From the NCBI GenBank assembly GCA_019638675.1, contig JAHBTE010000001.1, forward strand, positions 278,605 through 342,604: 64,000 nt of DNA, given 5' to 3'. Each line of letters begins with the position of its first letter. The first letter of the stretch is position 1. This DNA is from Fimbriimonadaceae bacterium (GTDB lineage Bacteria > Armatimonadota > Fimbriimonadia > Fimbriimonadales > Fimbriimonadaceae). Shown one piece after another: positions 41,052-49,541 of the stretch. The translations under genes and the position numbers were made by a program. The notes under the pieces were generated by a model. The model worked only from the letters and a program-made list of their open reading frames with translations. It was not told the origin of the DNA and ran no database searches.

Positions 41052-41429
41052 TTGATGAAACACTTTCTGGCCCTTTTCCTAACGGTCAGCCTGCTTTTCC
41101 CGCAGGTTCATCATCTTGTGCCTCATCACCATCACCTGCTGAGAGCGGAAAACGGATTCTCAAAGCTAATTCATAGCCACTCTCCATCTCATAGTGAAGG
41201 GGAATGTACAGCCCATCAAACGGAATCGGATCACAACGATTTCAGTAAAGATAATTCCCTTACCGCAAAGCGTTTTCAATATGAATTAGCAATAGCATTT
41301 CTTTTAGATTTCAAACTTGCAATTTCGCAACCGCTAAAACAAGGCTTTACGCCGATTCCCTGGCGTTCCCAGCAAACCGCGAACGCACCACCGAGTCGAA
41401 CCTGCTCCCGTGCCCCACCTGTTGCCTGA
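41052..41429 (+). CDS. His-rich small secreted protein, possible metal-binding accessory of the efflux operon
   Basis: 125 aa. Signal-like N-terminus, then HHLVPHHHHLL, HSHSPSHSEGECTAHQTESDH. Confidence 0.4.
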   Translation: MMKHFLALFLTVSLLFPQVHHLVPHHHHLLRAENGFSKLIHSHSPSHSEGECTAHQTESDHNDFSKDNSLTAKRFQYELAIAFLLDFKLAISQPLKQGFTPIPWRSQQTANAPPSRTCSRAPPVA

Positions 41430-41493
41430 GTTTCCCAACTCAGCGTTCCGTCCTTAATCAAATTTGAGGACATGACAACAACAGGAAATTTCA

Positions 41494-42702
41494 TTGATCA
41501 CCAAGAAAATATTGCCAATCATTGCGGCTCTTGCCGCCAGCACGGTCTTATCGGCCCAGCCGATCACCGCTGAACAATTCGTTCAGGAATCCATCAAAAA
41601 TAGCCTTGCGGTTAAAGCGGCCCAGGCACGACTCGAACAGTCCAACCACCTGCTCAAAAGCAGTCAGTCTCCTTTCAACCCGCAAATCGACATCGCCCCC
41701 GGTGTCGGCTTTACGAACAGCAACGCGATCCTATCCCAAGAATTTGACATCTTCGGGCGACGAAACGCACTGAGCGGGGTTTACGCGGCCCAATCATTGG
41801 TTGCCAACGCCGAGCTTATGACCGCCAACTTAGGCGTAGCCGCTAATGCTCTCGAAATCTATGCGGAACTTCTGTGGGCTCAGGAATCGCTGACCAACGC
41901 CGAGCAAGCCACCGAAGCCGCCGAGGCCTTGGTGCAAGCGGTCAAAAAACGAGTTGAAATCGGCGAAGCCCCCGAAGTCCACCTCACACGGGCCGAAGTC
42001 GAACTTGCGAGAACCCGACAGCAACAAACCGAAGCTCAAGCATTGGTCGCCGTCGCCCTGGTAAGTGCGAACTCATTGGTCGCCCAACCCCTCACGACCG
42101 AGATGGTCGTCGATGCTTGGGTTGATTCGCCGCGCAACGCCATTGCCGCTTCCCCCGAACTCCTCCTCGCCGCCGCCGACCTAGGGTTGGCAAACAGCGA
42201 ATTGGCATCGGTTAAAAAGCAAGGCAAACCCCGCCTCACCGCTGGAATCGCCAGCGACATCTGGAGCATAGATCGCGACATGGTCAAAGGCGATAACTTT
42301 GGGCTGCAGATCAACCTGTCCGCCCCCATCCTCGACAGAGGTGAAAACCGTTTCGCCGTCAAAGCCGCCGAATCCGAAATCGCACGCCGCGAAGCCAATC
42401 TCAAAGAAGCCGAGCGCATCGCCCAAACGAACTTTGAGCGCGCTCGAATCGGCGTCGAATCGACCGAATCGATCCGCCAAGCATTCCAAGGCGACATCGT
42501 CCCCAAAGGCGAACAAATGGTGGAAGCCATGCGATCCGGATACGAATCCGGACTCATCACCCTGATCGAAGTACTCGAAGCCCAACAGGCCCTGAACCGG
42601 CTCAAACTCGACCGGCTCAACGCCGATCGGAAATACCGCCTCGCGCAAATTGAACTGATGAAAGCAACCAATTCCTTCCCCGGTCTGGAGGTGGCAAAGT
42701 GA
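41494..42702 (+). CDS. Outer-membrane efflux protein (TolC/CzcC/CusC family)
   Basis: 402 aa. Signal peptide, two coiled-coil/beta-barrel repeats typical of OMF proteins. 4-nt overlap with the MFP gene. Confidence 0.75.
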   Translation: MITKKILPIIAALAASTVLSAQPITAEQFVQESIKNSLAVKAAQARLEQSNHLLKSSQSPFNPQIDIAPGVGFTNSNAILSQEFDIFGRRNALSGVYAAQSLVANAELMTANLGVAANALEIYAELLWAQESLTNAEQATEAAEALVQAVKKRVEIGEAPEVHLTRAEVELARTRQQQTEAQALVAVALVSANSLVAQPLTTEMVVDAWVDSPRNAIAASPELLLAAADLGLANSELASVKKQGKPRLTAGIASDIWSIDRDMVKGDNFGLQINLSAPILDRGENRFAVKAAESEIARREANLKEAERIAQTNFERARIGVESTESIRQAFQGDIVPKGEQMVEAMRSGYESGLITLIEVLEAQQALNRLKLDRLNADRKYRLAQIELMKATNSFPGLEVAK

Positions 42703-44888
42703 AGCGACTGCTCCCTCTCCTCCCCATCCTAATTCTCTTCTCGGCGGCAATCGCCCAAGAAAAAGAAGAACCCGGTCACATGCACGGCCCGGATGGTCGC
42801 CATATCGTAGCCCCCGCCGATGGCAATGGCGATTCCAGTTCGTTCATCCTCAGCCACCACGATATGCGTGTTGAAGGCACTGATGGAAAGTCCATTGAAG
42901 GCGTTAAAGTCGATTCGACGATCTATCCCAAAGGCGATCCGAACAACCCTATTCACACCGAGAAGAACGTATACGAGCCGGAAAACGAAGTCTACGGGTC
43001 GCACATGACCTACAACACGCCCGGCGAATACGTTATTTCGCAACAAGTGAAAATGCCCGATGGCAAGGAACTGCAAATTGAGTTCCCCGTCTACGTGCCC
43101 GAAATCGCCGAAGCCCATGCCCCTCACGGGCCCGCCCAACGTAATGACCTTCCCCTGCAAATCGGGGCTGGATTAGCCGGTCTTGCCCTCCTTTTCGGAG
43201 CATACAAGTACGGTCAAAAGAATGCTAAAACAACCGGAGCCGGTGTCCTGGCCCTCTTGCTGCTCGGCTCTGCGGTCATGCCTGTCACCGCTCAAGGAAA
43301 CGGCGACGAGGAAGGCCATATGCACGGCGCGGATGGACGTCACATCGTCACCCAAACCGACGCTGAAAAAGCCGATGGCCCTCAACTCAAAGCGTATCCC
43401 ACGCCCGACCAAGGCGAGGAAGCGACCAAAATCGTCGATGGTATCAAATTCGTTCTCAGCATCGAAAACGAAGAAATGACCCCCGACCCCGACCTCATTT
43501 CGGTCGCTGAACACGAGATCAGCATGATCGGCCTCGAAACTGCATCGGTCGAAATTTCACAAACCGCTGGTGGACTGCAAACCACCGGACGGGTCAGCGC
43601 AAACCCCAACGGAATGGTTAAAGTTAACGCACGGGGCGGCGGTCGAATCATCCGGCTCGGCGCATTACCCGGAACCGAAGTCAAACAAGGCCAAGTTCTT
43701 GCAGTTATCGAAAGCCCCGAGCTTGCCGACGCCCAATCGGCTTACCGACGCGCTTCGTCCGAAATTCAACAAGGACAAGCGGCAATCAAAATCGCTGAAT
43801 CCGGCCTGGCATCGGCAAAAACCGAACTCCAGATCGCGGAACGCAACCTCAACCGGCAAAAGCAAATGGCGTCGACAGGCGCATTCGAATCGCCCGCTGT
43901 CGAAGCGGCGAAGTCAAATGTAAGCGAAGCAACCGCATCTGTTGAATCCGCTCGGACAAAGGTTCAAACGCTCACCTCGCTCCTCCGCCGTCAACAACAA
44001 GGGTTGCAATCCGGAATCGTGTCGCGGCGCGAAGTCGAACAAACCGAGAACGACCTTCAGCTCGCGAAAAGCGATCTTGCCGACGCGCAAAGTCAGCTCG
44101 ACATTGCTCACTCCGCCCTCAAGCGCGAAGAGGCTATCGCCCAACGAGGACTCCGCAATGCAAGGGAAATCGAATCGGCTCAAGCCTCGGTTGATCTCAG
44201 CCGCGCGGGTGTTACCTCGGCGCAAAACCGAGTGACCCAAGCGAAAGCCGACCTAGCTCGCATCCAATCCTCCGTCCGAGTGGCAAGTGATCAGATTCGC
44301 ATCCTCGGCGGATCGCCAGGTGGTGGCAACACCATCACCATCACGTCGCCGATCAGTGCCGAAGTAGAACACCGATTCGCCAGCGTTGGACAAACAGTCG
44401 CAACCGGGGAACTTCTCTACGACCTGCTCAACGCAGATATCGTTTGGGTTCTCGCCGATGTTTACGAAAAAGACCTCAAGCACCTCAACATTGGACAGAG
44501 TGTCGAAGTCGTCGCCGATGCCCACCCCGACGATGTGTACGAAGGGCAAATCGCTTTCATACACAATGAAGTCGATCCCGAAACACGCACAACGCCCGTC
44601 CGGGTTGTCATCGACAATCCAAGAGAAAAACTCAAACAAAATATGTTCGTGCGGGTCATCCTCGGCACGTCCGAAGATCAGCTCACCCTTGTGCCATCGG
44701 CAGCGGTGCAAAAAAGCGGCGGACTCGACATCGTGTTCACCGAGGAGAAAACTGGCACATACCGGCGCAACATCGTTCAGGTGCAAGGAACGGTTGGCAA
44801 CCGCACAATCGTGAGGGGCCTCGACTCCAGCAAAAAGGTCGTGACCTCCGGGTCGTACCAACTGCTTGGGATGGGAGGTGGCAAGTGA
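42699..44888 (+). CDS. RND periplasmic adaptor (CzcB/CusB/HlyD family) with a long duplicated His-rich N-terminal extension
   Basis: 729 aa. The C-terminal approx. 430 aa are a typical MFP (coiled-coil hairpin, GQVLAVIESPELADAQ, beta-barrel). The N-terminal approx. 250 aa contain two signal-peptide-like segments, each followed by E-(E/P)-GHMHG-x-DGRHIV. Confidence 0.75.
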   Translation: MKRLLPLLPILILFSAAIAQEKEEPGHMHGPDGRHIVAPADGNGDSSSFILSHHDMRVEGTDGKSIEGVKVDSTIYPKGDPNNPIHTEKNVYEPENEVYGSHMTYNTPGEYVISQQVKMPDGKELQIEFPVYVPEIAEAHAPHGPAQRNDLPLQIGAGLAGLALLFGAYKYGQKNAKTTGAGVLALLLLGSAVMPVTAQGNGDEEGHMHGADGRHIVTQTDAEKADGPQLKAYPTPDQGEEATKIVDGIKFVLSIENEEMTPDPDLISVAEHEISMIGLETASVEISQTAGGLQTTGRVSANPNGMVKVNARGGGRIIRLGALPGTEVKQGQVLAVIESPELADAQSAYRRASSEIQQGQAAIKIAESGLASAKTELQIAERNLNRQKQMASTGAFESPAVEAAKSNVSEATASVESARTKVQTLTSLLRRQQQGLQSGIVSRREVEQTENDLQLAKSDLADAQSQLDIAHSALKREEAIAQRGLRNAREIESAQASVDLSRAGVTSAQNRVTQAKADLARIQSSVRVASDQIRILGGSPGGGNTITITSPISAEVEHRFASVGQTVATGELLYDLLNADIVWVLADVYEKDLKHLNIGQSVEVVADAHPDDVYEGQIAFIHNEVDPETRTTPVRVVIDNPREKLKQNMFVRVILGTSEDQLTLVPSAAVQKSGGLDIVFTEEKTGTYRRNIVQVQGTVGNRTIVRGLDSSKKVVTSGSYQLLGMGGGK

Positions 44889-44923
44889 TTTGCACGCTAA
44901 GTCTGGTGGTCGGAGAAGAGTAA

Positions 44924-47900
44924 ATGCTCAACAAACTGATCTCACTGAGCCTGCAACAACGGGCTCTGGTCGTTGTATTGACGGTCATGCTCATCCTCTT
45001 CGGCATGATCTCCATACCCAGGATGGATGTCGACGTTCTGCCCGACCTGAACCGGCCGGTCGTCACCATCATGACCGAAGCCCACGGCCTTGCCCCCGAA
45101 GAAACCGAAGCCCTCGTCAGTTTCCCCATTGAAACCATGATGAACGGCGCAACCGGCGTCCAACGGGTGCGGTCCGCATCGAGTGCGGGCTTTAGCATCG
45201 TCTTCGTTGAATTCGACTGGAACACCGATATCTATCGGGCCCGACAAATCGTCAACGAGAAGCTCCAGCTTGCCCAGTCGCGTTTGCCCGAAGGGGCAGT
45301 TGCATCGCTTTCGCCGATCAGTTCGATCATGGGCGAAATCATGCTCCTGTCCGTTTCGAGCAAATCTGGTAACACGCCTCCCATCGAAGTCCGGTCTTTA
45401 GCCGACTTTGTGATCCGCCCCCGGCTCCTCGCCGTCCCCGGCGTGTCACAGGTGGTTCCCATCGGCGGCGGAATGAAGCAGTACCAAGTGCTGACCGATC
45501 CAGCCAGGCTCAAGCAATACGGCTTGACCCTTGACGAAGTGGTTGAAGCCGCTCGCGAGAGCAACATGAACGCCGGTGGCGGGTTCTTTCAAGAGCCAGC
45601 TCAAGAAGCGGTCATCCGCATTCAAGGGCGCGTCAAAAGCCTCGACGATATCCGTAAAACGGTTGTCAAATCAGTGGATGGGGTTCCCGTGACCATCGGT
45701 CAAGTCGCCGATGTTCAGTTCGAAAAAGGATTGCCGAGAGGGGACGCAAGCGTCAACGGCGACCCCGCCGTGATCCTCTCCGTGCAAAAGCAACCTGATT
45801 CGAACACCTTGATGCTCACCAAAGAGATCGACAAGGCCCTTGATGAGATCGAATCGACTTTGCCGGACGACGTTATCGTCAGCCGCGATCTGTTCCGGCA
45901 AGAACACTTCATCAATACCTCGGTTCACAACGTCGAAAAGGCGTTGCTCGAAGCGGGCATCATCGTCCTCTTCGTCATCCTCGCGTTCTTGATGAATGTG
46001 CGAGCAACCGTGATCTCCCTTGTGTCGATCCCGGTGTCATTTATCCTGACCTTGCTCCTGCTCAACCGCTTCGGCATCAACGTGAACACGATGACGCTTG
46101 GCGGCCTCGCAATCGCCATCGGCCTCGTCGTTGACGACAGCATCGTTGACGTCGAAAACGTGTTCAGGCGATTACGGCTCAATAAGGCGTTAGAACAGCC
46201 GGAGAACCCCCTCAAAGTCATCTACAAGGCAAGCGCGGAAATCCGGAACAGTATTGTCTACGCCACGCTCATCATCGTCGTCGTCTTCATCCCCTTGCTA
46301 TCGCTGGAAGGGATGGAGGGCCGTGTCTTCCTTCCCCTCGGGCTTGCCTTCATCTTCTCGATGATGGCCTCACTCCTCGTCTCACTCACTTTGACGCCAG
46401 CCCTCTGCGCGTTGCTCCTCAGTAAGGTTTCGCCCAAAGATCATGGCGATTCCAAGCTGGTTCGGTTCCTCAAAAAGCTGAACGCACCGCTGGTCAACGG
46501 GTCGATGAACAGACCAGGCTTGGTTTTCGGGGCAACCCTCGCCATGACTGCCGTTGCCGTCTACGTCCTTCCGACCCTCGGACGGGAATTTCTGCCGAAG
46601 TTCAACGAGGGTTCGCTGGCTATAAACGCAATCTTGCCCCCGGGAACTAGTCTCGAAGAAAGCAATCGTATCGGGAGAATCATCGAAAAAACAGCTCTCA
46701 CAGTTCCCGAAGTAACCCATATCGGCCGGCGAACCGGTCGTGCAGAAATGGATGAACATGCAGAAGGCGTCAACCACTCAGAAATAGACGTGGGCCTTGC
46801 CAAGTCCAAGCGCGGACTCGAAGGTGCGACAGAGGAACTGCGGGCCAAAATCGGGGCCATCCCTGGTGTCTATGTGGCGTTCGGGCAACCGATCTCGCAC
46901 CGGCTTGACCACCTCTCGTCCGGTGTCCGCGCCGCCCTTGCCGTCAAAGTGTTCGGCTCCGATCTCGACGAACTCCGGCGACTCGCCGCGCAAGTCGAAA
47001 GTCAAATGGAAACCGTTGACGGAATCGTTGATTTGCAAGTTGAACCGCAAATCGAAGTCCCGCAAGTCAGCGTCGAAATTGACCGCGATGCCGCCGCAAG
47101 GTATGGGGTCACCCCCTACGAACTCGCGGAAAACCTAGAGGTCGGACTCGGCGGACACACCGTTTCGCAAGTGCTTCAAGGGCAACAAACCTTCGACCTC
47201 GTCGTTTGGTTCACCCCCGAGGCTCGAAACAACCTCGACGTCATTGGTTCGACCCTGATCAACACCCCATCCGGACAGCGAATCCCGCTTTCCCAACTGG
47301 CAACGGTCAGACGCACAACCGGCCCCAACACGATCAATCGAGAGAACGTCTCCCGGCGCATCGTTGTTCAGGCAAACGTCGAAGGGCGCGACCTCAACGG
47401 CGTCGTCACCGAGCTTCAGCAGAAAATGCGATCCGTCCAATCGGATTGGCCTCGCGGCTATTACGTGGAGTATGGTGGTCAGTTCCAAAGTCAACAGAGC
47501 GCAATGAGCCGTATTCTGTTCCTCGGAATATTCACCGTCGTCGCGATCTTCCTGATCCTGAACGTCGCCTTGCGATCATGGCGCATGGCACTACAGGTCA
47601 TGGTCAACCTCCCCCTCGCCCTAGTCGGCGGTGTCGTGGCGGTTTATCTGACGGGTGGGGTACTCAGCGTAGCGTCGATGGTCGGGTTCATCACCCTGTT
47701 CGGAATCGCAACCCGAAACGGGATCATGATGCTTTCGCACTACGTGCACTTGATGAAGGAAGAAGGAATGCCGTTCGGCAAGGAGATGATCCTTCGAGGC
47801 ACACAAGAACGGCTTTCGCCTGTTCTCATGACCGCCCTCGCCGCCGCGCTTGGCCTTCTCCCGCTTGCCCTATCTCAAGGCGAACCGGGTAAAGAACTGC

Positions 47901-48040
47901 TCCAACCCATCGCCGTGGTCATCCTCGGCGGACTGGTAAGCAGCACCTTCCTCGACCAAATCGTCACCCCCGCCCTGTTCTGGGTGTTCGGGAAAAAAGA
48001 GTGGATATCACCGCCCATCTCTGAAGATGAATTGGCATGA
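44924..48040 (+). CDS. Heavy-metal efflux RND transporter (CusA/CzcA family)
   Basis: 1038 aa. N-terminal MLNKLISLSLQQRALVVVLTV and 12-TM/two-large-loop architecture characteristic of HME-RND pumps. Confidence 0.9.
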   Translation: MLNKLISLSLQQRALVVVLTVMLILFGMISIPRMDVDVLPDLNRPVVTIMTEAHGLAPEETEALVSFPIETMMNGATGVQRVRSASSAGFSIVFVEFDWNTDIYRARQIVNEKLQLAQSRLPEGAVASLSPISSIMGEIMLLSVSSKSGNTPPIEVRSLADFVIRPRLLAVPGVSQVVPIGGGMKQYQVLTDPARLKQYGLTLDEVVEAARESNMNAGGGFFQEPAQEAVIRIQGRVKSLDDIRKTVVKSVDGVPVTIGQVADVQFEKGLPRGDASVNGDPAVILSVQKQPDSNTLMLTKEIDKALDEIESTLPDDVIVSRDLFRQEHFINTSVHNVEKALLEAGIIVLFVILAFLMNVRATVISLVSIPVSFILTLLLLNRFGINVNTMTLGGLAIAIGLVVDDSIVDVENVFRRLRLNKALEQPENPLKVIYKASAEIRNSIVYATLIIVVVFIPLLSLEGMEGRVFLPLGLAFIFSMMASLLVSLTLTPALCALLLSKVSPKDHGDSKLVRFLKKLNAPLVNGSMNRPGLVFGATLAMTAVAVYVLPTLGREFLPKFNEGSLAINAILPPGTSLEESNRIGRIIEKTALTVPEVTHIGRRTGRAEMDEHAEGVNHSEIDVGLAKSKRGLEGATEELRAKIGAIPGVYVAFGQPISHRLDHLSSGVRAALAVKVFGSDLDELRRLAAQVESQMETVDGIVDLQVEPQIEVPQVSVEIDRDAAARYGVTPYELAENLEVGLGGHTVSQVLQGQQTFDLVVWFTPEARNNLDVIGSTLINTPSGQRIPLSQLATVRRTTGPNTINRENVSRRIVVQANVEGRDLNGVVTELQQKMRSVQSDWPRGYYVEYGGQFQSQQSAMSRILFLGIFTVVAIFLILNVALRSWRMALQVMVNLPLALVGGVVAVYLTGGVLSVASMVGFITLFGIATRNGIMMLSHYVHLMKEEGMPFGKEMILRGTQERLSPVLMTALAAALGLLPLALSQGEPGKELLQPIAVVILGGLVSSTFLDQIVTPALFWVFGKKEWISPPISEDELA

Positions 48041-48050
48041 TACGGAATCT

Positions 48051-48074
48051 AGCCGCCCGGTAATACGGGCGGCT
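48051..48074 (+). terminator. GC-rich hairpin after the RND gene (no U-tract)
   Basis: AGCCGCCCG (48051-48059) / CGGGCGGCT (48066-48074), 6-nt loop. Followed directly by the GTTCGTACAACGAC motif rather than a T-run. Confidence 0.4.
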
Positions 48075-48075
48075 A

Positions 48076-48089
48076 GTTCGTACAACGAC
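48076..48089 (+). repeat. GTTCGTACAACGAC motif, copy 3
   Basis: 13/14 identity to 19608-19621. Lies 33 nt upstream of the third tRNA-Asn-like half. Confidence 0.7.
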
Positions 48090-48122
48090 TGACATAGAAT
48101 TCAGCAGATAGTTTCTGAAGTA

Positions 48123-48167
48123 TTTTTATTCGGCGTGTCGCAGGTTCAAATCCTGCGGCGGTAGCCA
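48123..48167 (+). repeat. Orphan, diverged tRNA-Asn-like 3' half (T arm, acceptor 3' strand, G, CCA)
   Basis: 35/45 identity to tRNA-Asn positions 19508-19552 by manual alignment. The T stem GCAGG/CCTGC differs from GTAGG/CCTAC by a compensatory pair. No 5' half present. Confidence 0.65.
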
Positions 48168-48220
48168 TTTGATTTAGATTTTTATCTATATCCCCACAGT
48201 CAGATAAACTAGCCCAAGCC

Positions 48221-48901
48221 TTGAGAATTCCCGACAGCGTCTTTCCCGAACCGTATTCCGTGCCCAACAACACCGACGAGCAATCGTACGTTGCTAAAGT
48301 GCGGTTTATCAAAAAGTGTTTGATCGGGCATTTGGTTTCTGTATTCGGTGCTACGGCCTGCGCGGTGTATTTGCGAATCCCACTCACCGATCCGCAGTTG
48401 ATTCAGATTCTTGCCGCTATCCTCATCGCCTTGACCATCGTTCGATTCAGTCTGCGAACTGGCAAGATTGAACAAATTTTCAGCACTGGCTTACTGATCG
48501 CTTCTTTGCCGATCATCGGACAACTTGCGCGTGACGTTCAAGAACTTGGCTACCCAGTCATCGCTTTTCCGATCACCGCAGTTTTAATCGGAATCTATAC
48601 ATTAGGAGTCGGGCGAGACTTTAGTTTCCCGGGAATGGTTGGTGTCTGCTCGGTCGCGCTTGCTCCTATTCTCTGGATTCTTCGCGCTCAGGGTGTGGAG
48701 ATGCTCGAAATGGTTGCGATCGGCTGGTTCATAGGAACGCTTTACGTGACGTATCTTTCTTACAACATGGCGATGATTCTCAAACGACGCCGACCAGATG
48801 AATTTTTATCAGTTGTCGCCGATTTCCTTCGTGATTTGCTGAATTTCACAACTTATCCAGTGAGAGTGCTTTTCCATTGGCGCGGCTATAACTTTCAATA
48901 A
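48221..48901 (+). CDS. Bax-inhibitor-1/YccA-like membrane protein
   Basis: 226 aa, about 7 TM. N-terminal VAKVRFIKKCLIGHLVSV resembles the R-x-F-[IL]-x-K-V-Y start of BI-1 family proteins. Confidence 0.5.
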   Translation: MRIPDSVFPEPYSVPNNTDEQSYVAKVRFIKKCLIGHLVSVFGATACAVYLRIPLTDPQLIQILAAILIALTIVRFSLRTGKIEQIFSTGLLIASLPIIGQLARDVQELGYPVIAFPITAVLIGIYTLGVGRDFSFPGMVGVCSVALAPILWILRAQGVEMLEMVAIGWFIGTLYVTYLSYNMAMILKRRRPDEFLSVVADFLRDLLNFTTYPVRVLFHWRGYNFQ

Positions 48902-48988
48902 ATCAGGTCAATTTACATCTGCATAATTTCTTTATAGTCAGCCCGCTAATGTTTACTTGAGGGTTACACGCAACCTGATAACTTAAAC

Positions 48989-49480
48989 TTGATGAAAATT
49001 CTCACTACATTAATAGTTCTCGGGGCGGTTGCAGCACAGCAGGCTCCTACTAGAGAACTCGTGCGCGTCACCGTGAACGGTGAGGACGTCACATTCGCCA
49101 CTACACAACCTTACGTCAAGGGTGGTCACACCTTGGTTCCCATCCGAGGCGTGTTCGAAAAAATCGGCGCTAAGGTTGATTACGACGCTAACAAGAAAAT
49201 GGTAAGTGCTTACAAGCCAGGAACAGAAGTCGTTCTCATTATTGGATCAAACAAAGCACTGGTCAATAACGAAGAAAAATGGATCCCAATGCCAGCTCAA
49301 GTGACGAGCGGGTCAACCATGGTTCCGCTTCGTTTCCTCACCGAAACTCTTGGCGGAACGATCAGCTATGACTACGAAGCAAAAATCGTAAATATTTATG
49401 TTCCGCAACACGAGGATGATCTCCGCCCTGGCGATCCGCCTCCGGTAATCACCAGTGGAACAGAAGGTCGAGTTCACTAA
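48989..49480 (+). CDS. Secreted copper-amine-oxidase N-terminal ('stalk') domain protein
   Basis: 163 aa. Signal peptide, VTVNGEDVTFATTQPYVKGGHTLVPIRGVFEKIGAKVDYD ... GSTMVPLRFLTETLGG repeats of the Cu_amine_oxidN1-type fold. Confidence 0.65.
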   Translation: MMKILTTLIVLGAVAAQQAPTRELVRVTVNGEDVTFATTQPYVKGGHTLVPIRGVFEKIGAKVDYDANKKMVSAYKPGTEVVLIIGSNKALVNNEEKWIPMPAQVTSGSTMVPLRFLTETLGGTISYDYEAKIVNIYVPQHEDDLRPGDPPPVITSGTEGRVH

Positions 49481-49493
49481 TCCTTTCCAGCAC

Positions 49494-49532
49494 AAAAAAC
49501 CCGCGCTCCAATTTCGGAGCGCGGGTTTTTTT
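49494..49532. terminator. Bidirectional intrinsic terminator
   Basis: AAAAAA, CCCGCGCTCC (49500-49509), loop, GGAGCGCGGG (49516-49525), TTTTTTT. Sits between convergent genes. Confidence 0.85.
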
Positions 49533-49541
49533 GTTTATCGG

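Larger units (their letters stand above)
40488..48167. mobile_element. Putative second, older island B (about 7.7 kb; RND metal-efflux cargo) in tandem at the same tRNA-Asn site
   Basis: Lies between the 53-bp repeat and a third, about 78% identical tRNA-Asn 3' half (48123-48167) in the same orientation. No recombinase present. Confidence 0.4.

Noticed and set aside
42036-42750. Antisense ORFs 42036..42671 (211 aa) and 42181..42750 (189 aa) opposite the outer-membrane efflux gene
   Set aside because: They are shadow ORFs of an Ala/Glu-rich coiled-coil gene. The translations are Ser/Arg/Ala low complexity and the two overlap each other.
47206-47892. 228-aa plus-strand ORF inside the RND pump gene (alternative frame)
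   Set aside because: The translation is Arg/Pro-rich and lies off-frame within a 1038-aa gene whose own frame has clear RND features.
48073-48387. 104-aa minus-strand ORF (and 48209..48475)
   Set aside because: It contains MATAAGFEPAT, the typical reverse-strand translation of a tRNA T arm. It also overlaps the tRNA-Asn-like fragment and the start of the BI-1-like gene.
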